In this document: in pieces, positions 22,886-34,089 of the stretch
Position numbering within the stretch: position 1 is the stretch's first letter
How the letters are laid out: the number at the start of each line of letters is the position of its first letter
From: Candidatus Pelagibacterales bacterium
GTDB taxonomy: Bacteria; Pseudomonadota; Alphaproteobacteria; Pelagibacterales; Pelagibacteraceae
Length of the DNA stretch: 40,000 nt
Direction of reading: 5' to 3'
Assembly (NCBI GenBank): GCA_965236175.1
Contig: CBDEAT010000003.1
Coordinates: 7,759-47,758, forward strand
Made by a program: the position numbers and the translations under genes
The notes under the pieces: model-generated
What the model saw: only the letters and a program-made list of their open reading frames with translations
Database searches by the model: none
Told to the model about the DNA's origin: nothing

Positions 22886-24983
22886 TCAATTAATAGAATG
22901 TTTTTCTAAATAAATCTTCTTCATATCTAATAACATCTGATAAAAATTTTCTGAAAATAACTTGGTGTTAAACAAGTTAGATTGTCTGCAGTTTAATAAT
23001 AGATTTTTTCTCAAATTTAATAAAATCTCTTTATCATTTGCGATTTGAACAGCTTTATTAATATAATCCTGCTCATTTTCTGCGATCATTTCTCTCATAT
23101 TAAGATTTATATTGATACTCTCTCCACATCGAGAAAGAAATGTTTTTCCTTTTTTAGTTAATAAAGGACACCCCATCCATGAAGCTTCAAAGCTAGTGGA
23201 GCCTCCATTATAAGGGAAAGGATCAAGAGCAATATCAACGTCATTATACATTTCTAATAAATCTTTTCTTTCCAAAAAGTCTTTTAAAATTATTTGATCC
23301 TCGCTTACACCAAATTTTGAAAAATCATTAATAATACTTTGTTTAATCTCTGGTGAATCAATTCCATTATAAATTAAAAGAATTTTAGAATTATTAATAC
23401 TATTTAAAATACTAGACCAAGTTTTTATTAAATTATTATTATATTTTAAATAATTATTAAAAGAACCGAATGTTACAAATCCTCTTCTTTCAAATGGTGC
23501 TATCTTTTTAATTTCAGTCATAAAATTAGGTGGACTATAACAATTCCAAATATTCGGCATTTTCCATAAATTTTCTGTAAAAAATTCCTCAATACCTTCA
23601 GAACAAATTATTCTATCCGATATTAAATAATCCATATTAGAAAGCCCCGTCGATGCAAGATATCCAATCCAAGCAACCTGTATGGGTGCAAGTCTATTTT
23701 CAAAAAGAGGCAAAATATTATTTTTGGTATGTCCTGATAAATCAAACAAAATATCAATTTTATCATTTCTAATTAAATTTATAATATCTTCTGATCTTCT
23801 TCCAGCAATTGTGTCCCATTTAAGAAAATATTTTTTAATAATCTTAGTTAGTTCTGTTTCAGAAAAAGAAGTTGAGTAAGCAAATAAATTTACTTTGTCT
23901 TTTAACTCTACTAAAGTTTTTTCTAAAAAGTATCCAACTGGATGATCGGCAAAATCGCCAGACACAAAACCTATGTTTAATTTTTCCTGACTATTTGTAA
24001 TAATTTTAACCGAGCTATCTAAGTTAAATTTTTGTATATTAGAACCAAAATTATTTAAAGTTTTGATATATTTGTCTTTAGAAGATTGCTCTAAATAATT
24101 ATAAGTAAATAATAAATTAGAATAAGAATCAGAATAATCTTGCTTTATAGCTAAAGATTTTTCAAAAAATACTACTGCATTATTATAGTCTCTGACCCTC
24201 ATATAATAAGATCCAATTGCTCTCAAAATTTTATAATTATTATTATTTTTATTAAATTTTTTATCTAATTCTAATGCTTGAAATAAATTTTCTTTTGCAT
24301 CGCTGTATTCATGAAGTTGGGCATGTGCATCTCCTAAATCCCAATAGGCCTCTGAATATTTTGGATTAACAACTATAGATGTATTTAATGAAATTTTTGC
24401 CTTATCAAAATCACCTGCAATCTTATAGGCCCTTCCTAAGTTTCTATGCAAATAATCTATTTGTGGGGCAATTTTGATTGCAGAAGAAAAATTATGAATT
24501 GCGAGATTAATATCTCCAAAATAGTCTAAATATATTTTCCCAAGATTATTATAAGCCTCTACATTAACATTATTAACCTCGAGAGACTCATTATAAAATT
24601 TAATTGCAAGGTTAATGTCTTCGATTTTGAGATAAACTAAAGCAATTTTATTTAATAAAAAATAATTTTTCTTATTAATAATATTTGCCTGCAAATAATA
24701 CTCGAGAGCTTTATTAAAATTTAATAATTTTTGGTTTAAAATTCCTAAATTGTAATACGCTTCAAAAGAATTAGATTTATAGTCTAAAATTTTTTTAAAA
24801 ATTTTTTCTGCTTCTAAATATTTTTCTGTTTCTAAAAATATTATTCCTAAAATATTTAAAAAATCAACATTAGTAGGCTGCTCTAAAATAAGTTGATCAA
24901 TAATAAATTTTGCATCATTAAAATTTTTTTTTTTTTAAAAAAAAGGATATTTTTTCTATTCTATCTTTAGAATTATTGATCAT
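22886..24983 (-). pseudogene. TPR-repeat protein fused to a SPINDLY/O-GlcNAc-transferase-like (GT41-type) glycosyltransferase domain; single frame break in a homopolymer tract
   Basis: The N-terminal half has multiple TPR units (AYYNLG.., AYNNLGKIY..). The C-terminal half carries GFVSGDF..H, WIGYLASTG, FGSFNN and DIALDPFPYNGGSTSFEASWMG.P.LT. The ATG at 24983 abuts the hisF stop. Length is 2098 nt, so removing 1 nt in the 24924-24950 region gives a 699-codon ORF. Confidence 0.75.
24924..24944. repeat. T13-A8 back-to-back homopolymers inside the TPR-GT coding region
   Basis: Counted directly: T x13 at 24924-24936 and A x8 at 24937-24944. This coincides with the only frame break of that gene. 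Confidence 0.95.
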
Positions 24984-25743
24984 TTATAATCTAATAGCTA
25001 TTCCTTTTTCTGAAAGATAATTTTTAGCATCTTTAATAGAAAAATCTCCATAATGAAAAATCGAAGCCGCTAAAACTGCACTTGCTAAGCCTGTTTTAAA
25101 TCCTTCATATAAATGATCAAGACTACCAACTCCCCCAGATGCTATAACTGGTATAGAAACTAAACTTGCAATAGCTCTGGTTAATTCAAGATCATAACCT
25201 GTTTTTGTTCCATCTTTATCCATAGATGTAAGGAGAATTTCTCCGGCACCATTTTTTTCGATAATTTTTGCATACTCTATAGCATCAATTCCTGTGGAAT
25301 TTCTTCCGCCATGCGTAAATACTTCCCATTTATTATTTGCTATTTTTTTTGCATCTATTGCAATTACTATACATTGTGACCCAAATCTAATTGAGCTCTC
25401 TCTAATAAAATTATGAGTTTTTTACTGCTGCAGTATTAATTGAAACTTTATCCGCGCCCGCTATCAAAAGATTTTTAATATCATCGATGCTGCTAACTCC
25501 TCCACCCACAGTTAAAGGAACAAAACAACTTTTTGCTGTCTCGCTTACTTTGTTTAATAAGATTTTTCTATTTTCATTTGATGCTGTGATGTCCAAAAAA
25601 CATATTTCATCAGCGCCACCTTTATCGTATATTTTTGCTTGCTCTACTGGATCGCCAGCGTCTTTTAAATTTACAAAATTAATACCTTTTACAACCCTAC
25701 CATCTTTAACGTCAAGACAGGGTATAATCCTTTTTTTTAACAT
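24984..25743 (-). pseudogene. hisF: Imidazole glycerol phosphate synthase cyclase subunit HisF, one frame break
   Basis: [20 protein letters not shown]..., [14 protein letters not shown] | ..[21 protein letters not shown]...[12 protein letters not shown]...ASGGVG. The break lies near 25411-25416. Length is 760 nt, which is 1 mod 3. Confidence 0.9.
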
Positions 25744-25753
25744 AATAATAATA

Positions 25754-27810
25754 TCACTGATTATTATTTAAAATATCTCGAAGTAAAAAGATAAAATCAT
25801 CTACAAATAATTTTTTTGAAAATATTTTATTATTACTTCTATTTATTTTTAAAAAATTTTGTATTTCTTGTAATTTATTTATTTTGTAATTTATTATATA
25901 ACTTTATTAACATACTCTGTTTCATCAACGCAATTCCATTCCTTGAGATCTAAATTAATATTAATACTTGCGCCCGTCCTAGATACAAAGCTGTCTCCAA
26001 TTTTTGTAAGGATAGGAGTGCACATCCAAGCACATTCTAAACTTGTTGTCATTCCATTGTATGGGAAAGGATCAAGAGCTATATCAATATCATTGTAAGC
26101 TTTTAACAAAGACTCTCTTTTGTCTTCATAAGACCCGATAATAATTCTATCTTTAGAAACAAAATTATTAGAAAACAATTCTTTAATTCTTTTTTGAACC
26201 TCTGAATCATTAAATTGTTGAGCTCTTAAATATAATTTTGAACTAGGTAATTTTGTTAAAATTTCTGACCACAATCTAATTACATCTGGGTTAATTTTGG
26301 CCAAGTTATTAAATGAACCAAATGTTACAAAGTCATTTTTTAATGATGGAATTTCCAATATACTAATTTCTTTTTCTATTGCAGAAAATGGAGTCCAAAT
26401 ATCGCGCAACCTAACTATTTTCTCTAAATAATTTTGTTCTTCGTGTTTTGGAATAACATGGGGATCTGCAACTAAAAAATCTATATTATTTAAACCGAGA
26501 GAAGCCAAATAACCAATCCAGCTTAGTTGAAATTTGGCGCTTCTATAATTAAAAATAGATACTCGGCTTCCTTTTGTGAATCCGGACAAATCAATTAAAA
26601 AATGCAAATTATCTTTTCTTATAAAATTTATTAATTCATAATCATTTTTACTGGCAATATTATTCCATACATAAAAATATTCTTTTAGTTTAAACGTCAT
26701 ATCGTCTTCATCTTGACGATTGCTGTAAGCAAAAATCTTAATATCTTTTCTGTTTCCTAACTCTTTAAAAAAATCAGATAAACAGAAGCTAACCGCATGA
26801 TTTCTAAAGTCTGCTGATATAAAACCGATTCTTAATTCATTTTTATTTAAATCTTCAGAATTATCCGATTTAAAATCTTGGAGATCTTGTTTATTAACTA
26901 AAGACTGAAATCTTTTTAAAAGAGAAAAATATTCATCCCTCTCGAAATCTTTTATATACAAAGAAGATAATGGCAGACTAAAAATATCACTCGCATCACA
27001 TCTAGAAAAATCAATCTTAAAATAAAGATCCATCCATTTTTCATGTTGCAAAGTATTTAAATATATCTTCATAAGTAATATTAATGACTCATTGTTTAAA
27101 GGTTGAATTTGCAAAGATTTTTTTACGCTTTCAAGCGCATTAAAATAAGAGGACTGCCTATCTAAGATTGAGGCCTGAATACGATATGCTAAAGATGATC
27201 TGGGATTTAAACTAATTGCAATTTCAATCATTTTTTCAGCGGAAGTATGTTTACCGATGTCCAAATAACAGATAGCCAAATTAAGATAGGATTCATAAGA
27301 ACCTATGTCTAAATTAATAGCTTTATTAAAAAACTTGATAGCCTGATCAAAATTATTTAATTTTTGATAAGCCAAACAATATTATTATATAATTTATGAT
27401 CATTAGGACTTAATAAAATAGACTTGTTTAATGCTTGAATCGCTTCTTCATATTTCTTTAATGACATAAGCGCCTGACTTAAAGCAATATATCCCTCAAG
27501 ATAATCTGAATTAATTTTAATAGTTTTTTCAAAACATTTTGTTGCTTCTGAATAATCGTTCTTTTCTAGATAAATTAAACCTAAATTATAATATGCGTTA
27601 AAAAAATTAGGATCTTTTGATGGCACATATGGCAATTAAATTAGCTTTTTCACTATCTAATTTTGATAAAATTACCCCATAAATATTGTCTAGTATTGGT
27701 AAATTCGGATTTTTATTAATTAACTCTAAAATTAATTTTTCTGAATCAATAAAATTATTTTCTTCGAATAATGTGATTACTCTTTTTATTTCATCGTCAA
27801 TTTTTTGCAT
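25754..27810 (-). pseudogene. Second TPR + GT41-like glycosyltransferase paralog, at least 3 frame breaks
   Basis: Same architecture as 22886-24983, including IGFISADF.NH, WIGYLASLG, FGSFNN and DIALDPFPYNGMTTSLECAWM. It also shares nucleotide-level similarity (gggaaaggatcaagagc.atatcaa at about 26062 vs about 23216). Breaks lie near 27620, 27377 and 25895. Confidence 0.7.
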
Positions 27811-27816
27811 AAAAAA

Positions 27817-28533
27817 TTAATGTGAAATTTTTATAAGATCCCGAATCTTTATTGATCCATCATAAATAGCTCTTCCAAGAATTATTCCATGTAATTTTTT
27901 GAGTGCAGATATTTGATTAACATCTTCTATGCTAGAAAATCCACCTGAAGCTATTAAAGGAATTTTAACTTTATTTATAATTTTTTTAATTTGAGAAATA
28001 TTAACTCCTGTCTTGGTTCCGTCTCTATTAATGTCTGTATAAATAATCTTACTAACTCCTAAGCCTTCTAGTTTTTTAGAAAAATCCATAAGTTTTATTT
28101 TTGTTTGCTTAACCCAGCCTTTAATGGCTAAAAAATTATTTCTAACATCAAGTGCAACAGCTATTCTTCCAGGAAATAAATCACATGCTTTTTTTAAAAT
28201 TTTTGGGTTTTTTACAGCCATAGTTCCAACAACTACCGTTGAAACTCCATTTTTAATCCAAAAAGATATTTGTTTTAAAGTTCTAATGCCTCCACCTAAT
28301 TGTACATTTAAATTAGTATTCTTAATGATTTTAATTATAACTTTTTTATTCTTAGACCTTCCTTTTAAGGCACCATCAAGATCCACAAGATGTAAATCTG
28401 TAAAACCTTTCTTCTTAAATTGAAGGGCTTGATTATATGGAGAAGAGTTAAAAATAGTAGTTTTATTAAAATCTCCTTTATAAAGTCTTACACACTTTCC
28501 GTCTTTTAGATCTATTGCTGGAAATATAATCAT
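27817..28533 (-). CDS. hisA: 1-(5-phosphoribosyl)-5-[(5-phosphoribosylamino)methylideneamino]imidazole-4-carboxamide isomerase HisA
   Basis: MIIFPAIDLKDGKCVRL start. The ATG at 28533 overlaps the hisH TAA (TAATG), so the longer TTG start at 28545 is less likely. Confidence 0.9.
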   Translation of the reverse strand: MIIFPAIDLKDGKCVRLYKGDFNKTTIFNSSPYNQALQFKKKGFTDLHLVDLDGALKGRSKNKKVIIKIIKNTNLNVQLGGGIRTLKQISFWIKNGVSTVVVGTMAVKNPKILKKACDLFPGRIAVALDVRNNFLAIKGWVKQTKIKLMDFSKKLEGLGVSKIIYTDINRDGTKTGVNISQIKKIINKVKIPLIASGGFSSIEDVNQISALKKLHGIILGRAIYDGSIKIRDLIKISH

Positions 28534-29174
28534 TATAAATTCCAATTCAAAAAGTTAGACAATAACTTAATTCCATTTTCCTGACTCTTTTCAGGGTGAA
28601 ACTGGGTACCAAAAATATTTTCTTTTAAAAGAGCAACAACGACTGGCTTCTCATAATCTGTTGTGCAGATAACATCATTAATATTTTCCGGTTCAAATGC
28701 ATAACTGTGCACAAAATAAAAATGAGATAAATTTTTAATGTCTAAAAATAAATCATTTTTTTTAACAATGTTAACTTCATTCCAGCCCATGTGGGGTAAT
28801 TTTAAATCTTTGTTATTAAGTTTTATCTTTTTTACAGAACCTTTGATCCAGCCAAATCCTTTGGTAACCTCTTCTTCAAACCCTTGATCTGAAAAAAGCT
28901 GCATGCCAACACAAATTCCAAAAATTGGTTTTTTTTTAATTAGAACAGATTCGTTAATAGAATCCCATAATCCAGATATATTTTTTACTCCTAAAGCACA
29001 CTGTCTATAAGAGCCCTGGCCAGGCAATATAATTTTATCTGAATCCAAGATATCTTTGGGCTTATTAGATATTCTTATATTGATTTTTTTATTAATTTTT
29101 GTAGCTGCAGCTTCTAAGGCTTTAGAAACGGAATTAAGATTTCCAGTTCCATAATCAACGATTGATACATACAT
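28533..29174 (-). CDS. hisH: Imidazole glycerol phosphate synthase glutaminase subunit HisH
   Basis: Class-I glutamine amidotransferase motifs: PGQGS, the nucleophile elbow GICVGMQ, and HSY/QFHPE. Confidence 0.95.
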   Translation of the reverse strand: MYVSIVDYGTGNLNSVSKALEAAATKINKKINIRISNKPKDILDSDKIILPGQGSYRQCALGVKNISGLWDSINESVLIKKKPIFGICVGMQLFSDQGFEEEVTKGFGWIKGSVKKIKLNNKDLKLPHMGWNEVNIVKKNDLFLDIKNLSHFYFVHSYAFEPENINDVICTTDYEKPVVVALLKENIFGTQFHPEKSQENGIKLLSNFLNWNL

Positions 29175-29185
29175 TTAAAAAATCT

Positions 29186-29773
29186 TTAAAGTATTCCTTT
29201 AGTGGAAGGCAAAGAATCTCCGGCCCTTGCATCTTTTTCTAATGCAAGACGTAAAGCCCTCGCTAATCCCTTAAAACAAGATTCGATAATGTGGTGGCTA
29301 TTATCACCATAAATATTTTCTATGTGCAAAGTAATGCCCGCGCTTTGTGAAAAAGCCTGAAACCACTCTTTAAATAGTTCAGTATCCATTTCTCCAAGCT
29401 TTTCTACTTTTAATTTCACATTCCAAACTAAATAGGGTCTATTTGATATATCAAGAGAAACTCTGCTTAATGTTTCATCCATTGGAATATAAGCATGCGC
29501 ATATCTTTTGATACCTTTCTTATCTCCCAAAGCCTTAGCAATAGCCTCTCCTATAACAATTCCTGAATCTTCTGTTGTGTGGTGAAGATCAATATGCAAA
29601 TCGCCTTTGGCTTTTAAATTTATATCTACCAAAGAATGCTTTGATAGCTGCTCAAGCATGTGATTTAAAAAACCAATTCCCGTATCTATTTTATAAATAC
29701 CTTTGCCATCTAAATTAACTTCTGCCTCTATAGATGTCTCTTTGGTTTTTCTATTAACTTTTGCGATCCTCAT
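29186..29773 (-). CDS. hisB: Imidazoleglycerol-phosphate dehydratase HisB
   Basis: [16 protein letters not shown] start, with the IGPD motifs [11 protein letters not shown] and [10 protein letters not shown]. The ATG at 29773 is preferred over the upstream TTG at 29785. Confidence 0.9.
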   Translation of the reverse strand: MRIAKVNRKTKETSIEAEVNLDGKGIYKIDTGIGFLNHMLEQLSKHSLVDINLKAKGDLHIDLHHTTEDSGIVIGEAIAKALGDKKGIKRYAHAYIPMDETLSRVSLDISNRPYLVWNVKLKVEKLGEMDTELFKEWFQAFSQSAGITLHIENIYGDNSHHIIESCFKGLARALRLALEKDARAGDSLPSTKGIL

Positions 29774-29847
29774 ATGAATTAACAATCTATATATAGAAAA
29801 ACTAACCTTATCAATAAATTAGCTTTAATGGTGAAATAAATACTATT

Positions 29848-30285
29848 CTATAATCTTTTTTTTAATCTTAATAAAAAAGCTCCAGATCCACCTAAACTTT
29901 GGTCTGGCTCTTCCATAGAATTAATAATATCCGAAAAATTATCTTTGATAAAATTTGGAACTGCATACTTTAATAAGCTTAAATCTTCTGACAAATAAGG
30001 ATTCTCTTTAACCTTAGATCTTAGTCCTTTGCCTGTAATAATTAAAATATTTCTTAAATCTTTTTGATAACAATTTTCTATAACTCCTTTTATCTTCTGA
30101 AAAGAATCTTGCAATGAGTAACCATGTAAATCTATTTTAAAATCAATATGATCTTGCTTTTTATTTCCTTTTATAGATTTTTTAGATATTTCGCCTTTAT
30201 CGCCATCTAAAAATTTTTGGTTCTTAAAATCTTCCCAAGCTTTTATATCTTCTGGATTTGTAGAATTTTTATTATTCTTTGGCAT
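29848..30285 (-). CDS. Smr-domain protein
   Basis: C-terminal Smr domain (IDLHGYSL...ILIITGKG). The ATG at 30285 has an AGGA 5 nt upstream and overlaps the end of the Tim44-like gene. Confidence 0.75.
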   Translation of the reverse strand: MPKNNKNSTNPEDIKAWEDFKNQKFLDGDKGEISKKSIKGNKKQDHIDFKIDLHGYSLQDSFQKIKGVIENCYQKDLRNILIITGKGLRSKVKENPYLSEDLSLLKYAVPNFIKDNFSDIINSMEEPDQSLGGSGAFLLRLKKRL

Positions 30286-30886
30286 GCACATCCTGTGCAA
30301 TTTCAGTTAAATGCCACGTAGGATCATCAGAATTTAAATCTCTCGAAAAACTCCAAACATCATTAACTGTTTGAATCTCTTCAGGGCTACCTTCGATAAC
30401 ATTATTGTTGGCATCTTTAATGCAGGATATAATTTCACTCACAAATCTAGTTTTCACAGTATAAAAACTGTCTTTCTTATCTACATTCTCTATTTTTGCT
30501 TTCTTAATTCCTATAAATGTAAATTGATTAACATATTTTTTATTTTTTCTTTCATCAAGAACACCAACGAAACTTTTATAAACTTCAGGAGAAGTTAGAT
30601 CTTTTAAAGTCTTTTTGTCTGCAGCTGCAAATGCATTAACGATCATCTCATAAGCTGCTTGGGCGCCTTTTAAAAATGTCTCCTCTTTAAATTCTCTTAA
30701 ATTAATATTTTCTTCAACTGTAGATGACTTAACATCTTCAAATTGAGCATCTACTATCACTGATTTTTTTGCTCTAACGGCACTATCCTCGGCTCCTTTG
30801 CCAAGAACATTTCTAAGTCTTAAAATAATTATACCCGCTACTATTGCAAGCAATACAATGTCTATATAGCCAAAATTATCATTCAT
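30272..30886 (-). CDS. Tim44-like domain protein (membrane-anchored)
   Basis: N-terminal transmembrane helix (IDIVLLAIVAGIIILRL) and a C-terminal Tim44-like fold region (..TVNDVWSFSRDL..DPTWHL). The neighbourhood with secB is typical of alphaproteobacteria. Confidence 0.75.
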   Translation of the reverse strand: MNDNFGYIDIVLLAIVAGIIILRLRNVLGKGAEDSAVRAKKSVIVDAQFEDVKSSTVEENINLREFKEETFLKGAQAAYEMIVNAFAAADKKTLKDLTSPEVYKSFVGVLDERKNKKYVNQFTFIGIKKAKIENVDKKDSFYTVKTRFVSEIISCIKDANNNVIEGSPEEIQTVNDVWSFSRDLNSDDPTWHLTEIAQDVHAKE

Positions 30887-31001
30887 TTAAGGGTATTTTA
30901 GATTAAATAGTTAAAAATTAATACATCTAAATTTAGATCGAATTAAATGATATTTAATATAAAAAAATATATTTAAATAATACAAAAATTCATATTTTAA
31001 A

Positions 31002-31461
31002 ATGGAAGAAAAAAATAAAGAAAATTCTAAATACCAAATCATTGCAAACTACGTAAAAGATTTGTCTTTTGAAATTCCATCTCCAGATTGCTTTGTAGAT
31101 GCCGCACAAAATCTTGGAAAATATGAAACAAAAGTTGATATTTCTAACAAACCACTAAAAAATGGGATGTTAGAACTAAATTGTAAAACTTATTTTTGAA
31201 GCACCAAAAGAAGTACAAAATAAAATTCATGCCGAAGCATGTCTTGCTGTAGTATTTAAAATTACAGACACAGAATTAAAAGCAGAAGAAGTTAAAAGGA
31301 TTATTCTTGCAGAAATACCTGATTTATATGCAAAAAAACTAACAGATCTTATTACTGAATTATTTCAAAAATCAGGATTTAAAGAATTTAAATTTAAGAA
31401 AGAAATTAACTTTAAAGAACTATACGAACAACAGTCTGCTAATCTAACGCAAAAGCATTAG
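31002..31461 (+). pseudogene. secB: Protein-export chaperone SecB, one frame break
   Basis: QIIANYVKDLSFE.P start. The break lies at about 31185-31197 (..LELNCK|.IFEAPKEVQNKIHAEA..), with frame 0 -> 1. The 3' end overlaps convergent dnaQ by 23 nt. Confidence 0.8.
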
Positions 31462-32110
31462 AAACATTCTTTTTTAAAAATTTCTTATATTCTTCCATTT
31501 GTTCTGGTGAAACTTTAACAACGACACCTTCTCTGTTCTCATTACTCAGCTTCATTTTTTCGTTAAAAATTTTATCATTAGACATTAGATCAAGCGTTAA
31601 TTCCTTTTTATCAATTAATTCGATGTAAACTTTTGAAAGTAAATGACAGTCCAAAAGCGCAGAATGCTTTTCTCTAGCCTCAATACTAATTTTAAATCTC
31701 TTGCACAGAGCGTCTAAACTATTACCAACTCCTGGAAATTTAGATCTAGCAATCTGAAGGGTGTCTAATATATCAGATTTTAGAATTGGTTTTATATTTA
31801 GTCTTTTTAATTCATTATTTAAAAATCCAAGATCAAAATCTGCATTATGAATAATAAGTTTTTTATCTTTAATAAAATTAAGGAAATCTTTTGCAACATC
31901 TTTAAATTTTGGTTTGTTTGATAAAAATTCATCAGAATAACCATGAACACTAAAGGCATCTGCTGATACCTTGGTCTCAGGATTTAAAAAGGTATGAAAA
32001 ATATTTTTTGTGGGGATATGATTATTTAATTCCACACAAGCAATCTCAACAATTCTATCTTTCTCTGCTGACAGCCCTGTCGTCTCTGTATCTAAAATAA
32101 CTTCGATCAT
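31439..32110 (-). CDS. dnaQ: DNA polymerase III subunit epsilon (3'-5' exonuclease)
   Basis: Exo I motif ILDTETTGL, Exo II HNADFDLGFL, and Exo III HSALLDCHLL. Confidence 0.95.
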   Translation of the reverse strand: MIEVILDTETTGLSAEKDRIVEIACVELNNHIPTKNIFHTFLNPETKVSADAFSVHGYSDEFLSNKPKFKDVAKDFLNFIKDKKLIIHNADFDLGFLNNELKRLNIKPILKSDILDTLQIARSKFPGVGNSLDALCKRFKISIEAREKHSALLDCHLLSKVYIELIDKKELTLDLMSNDKIFNEKMKLSNENREGVVVKVSPEQMEEYKKFLKKNVSNAFALD

Positions 32111-32691
32111 TAATTTAAAAGAATCTTACCAATAATATTTTTTACCTGCAATTTAACTTTATTTTTAGAACTATTATAAATTATGAAATCCGCATAGTTT
32201 TCTTTGATCTTTTCGTTTGCTTGTTGTTTTTTTAATATATTTAAAAACTGTTTATCTAGATTCTTTCTTTTTTTTATTCTGCTTAAAAAAGATCTAGACC
32301 TAGTTTTAACAAGAATAAGAATATCAACAAAATTGAACATTTTATTCTCCACTAAAAGCGGAACATCTAAAACAACTAATTTCTTTTTTTTAAACCTAGA
32401 TAAAAAAAGGACTAATTTCTTTCTAACTATTGGATGAATAATCTTGTTCAAAAATCTAAATTTATTTGGATTTTTTTTAAGAGAATCCCTAAGCTCCTGT
32501 TTATTTATTTTGCCTTTATAAATTTTTAACTTAAAGAATTTTGAAATCTTTTTATTTACAATCTTATTGTTCTTATAAATATTAGCAACTTCATTATCTG
32601 CTGAAAAAATATTAAAACCTAGTTCTTTAAAAATATTTGCAACAAAAGATTTGCCACTTCCAACCGATCCTAAAATGCCTACTCTAACCAT
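32110..32691 (-). CDS. coaE: Dephospho-CoA kinase
   Basis: P-loop GILGSVGSGKS in the conserved dnaQ-coaE-aroE context. Confidence 0.85.
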   Translation of the reverse strand: MVRVGILGSVGSGKSFVANIFKELGFNIFSADNEVANIYKNNKIVNKKISKFFKLKIYKGKINKQELRDSLKKNPNKFRFLNKIIHPIVRKKLVLFLSRFKKKKLVVLDVPLLVENKMFNFVDILILVKTRSRSFLSRIKKRKNLDKQFLNILKKQQANEKIKENYADFIIYNSSKNKVKLQVKNIIGKILLN

Positions 32692-33511
32692 TAATTTTTT
32701 TTCTAAGTTTTTTATAAATATCTTTTGTTATTTTTGGATTTTTCTTATTCCAAATATAAAAAGCCTTCTGCGCTTGATAAACAAACATATCTAAACCTGT
32801 AAAGATTTTATGGCCGTTCTTTCTTGCGTCCTTTAAAAACCTCGTATTTTCTGGGTTATAAACAATATCCACGACATTAATTTTCTTATCAAAAATGCTA
32901 AAATCAAACTTCAGATCCTTCTGACCAACCATGCCAAGGCTTGTAACATTAATTAAAATTTGGACGTCTCCAAATACTTTATACCGATCATTCCATTTGA
33001 TTGGATAAATAACCTTTTTAAATTTTTTCTTAAATACTTTTAGCTTAGAAAAAGTTCTATTAGTTATATATATTTTTTTCACTCCTTTTTGAATTAAAGC
33101 AAGAATAATAGAAGAGGTAACACCTCCGGCTCCAATAATTCCCGCTGTCTTAATTCTGGTTTTAACTTTCCTCAAGATGCCGTAAGAAAAACCATAAACA
33201 TCAGTATTATCACCAACCAATTTTTTTTTATTTAAATACACCGTATTTACTGATGAAGTTCTTAGCGCATCTCCCTTTAAAATATCCAAATGTCTAATAA
33301 CGCTTCCTTTAAAGGGGATGGTTACGTTAATTCCCTCTATCTCTCTTTTTCTAACTTTATTTAAAATTTTTTTTATTGCGGCTTGGGTAGTTTTTAATTT
33401 TTTATATTCACAATTAATTTTATTTTTGCGAAACCAATAATTATGCAAAAGGGGAGATAAAGAATGTTTAATGGGGTTTCCAATAACTAAAAAGTTTTTT
33501 TTATTTTTCAT
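32684..33511 (-). CDS. aroE: Shikimate dehydrogenase
   Basis: GNPIKHSLSP start, NVTIPFK, and NTD..G with the GAGG nucleotide-binding motif. Confidence 0.9.
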   Translation of the reverse strand: MKNKKNFLVIGNPIKHSLSPLLHNYWFRKNKINCEYKKLKTTQAAIKKILNKVRKREIEGINVTIPFKGSVIRHLDILKGDALRTSSVNTVYLNKKKLVGDNTDVYGFSYGILRKVKTRIKTAGIIGAGGVTSSIILALIQKGVKKIYITNRTFSKLKVFKKKFKKVIYPIKWNDRYKVFGDVQILINVTSLGMVGQKDLKFDFSIFDKKINVVDIVYNPENTRFLKDARKNGHKIFTGLDMFVYQAQKAFYIWNKKNPKITKDIYKKLRKKING

Positions 33512-34089
33512 TTAATTTATAATAGTTATTTAATTGTTTAATTGGCATTCCCATTACAGAGTATTCATCTCCCTTTATTTCTTCAAATAAATCTTTGCCC
33601 ATTCCTTCTATTTGATAAACACCATATTTCTTGATGGTTTCTAAGCCCTACTTTTTGTAAATAATCTTTAATAAAATTATCCGAAAACTGCTTCATTTTT
33701 AAAACAACCTGTTCTGTGTGCATCCAAATAGTCGAACCATTTTTACTCAAACAAATAGAGCTAAACAAAGAATGTTCTTTGCCATTTAATCTTTGCATCA
33801 AGTTCATAGCTAATTCCATGGTTTCTGGTTTGTTAAATATATTGCCTCCAAAATCCAAAACTTGATCAGCGCCGAGGACAATCTCGTTATATATTTTGCT
33901 GCTTATTTTTTTTGCTTTTGTTTCCGCTAGGGCCCTTGAAATATCAAATGAACTGAATTTCTCTGCCAATAAAGAATTTTTTATTTCATCCTCGTCTATG
34001 TTGGCCGCCTCTACTTTAACATTAAAACCAAAATCATTTAATATTTTTAGCCTTATCCCGCTAGCGGATGCTAAAATTATATTTCTCAT
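33501..34089 (-). pseudogene. maf: Maf-like nucleotide pyrophosphatase, one frame break near the 3' end
   Basis: ILASASGIRLKIL start. After the break at 33642-33645 (sense GGG CTT A GAA) the reading continues ETIKKYGVYQIEGMGKDLFEEIKGDEYSVMGMP. Length is 589 nt, which is 1 mod 3. Confidence 0.8.

Noticed and set aside
30925-30938. Perfect 14-nt palindrome ATCTAAATTTAGAT in the secB/Tim44-like divergent promoter region
   Set aside because: Pure A/T-dominated palindromes of this length are expected by chance several times in 40 kb of DNA this AT-rich. There is no second copy or other supporting feature.
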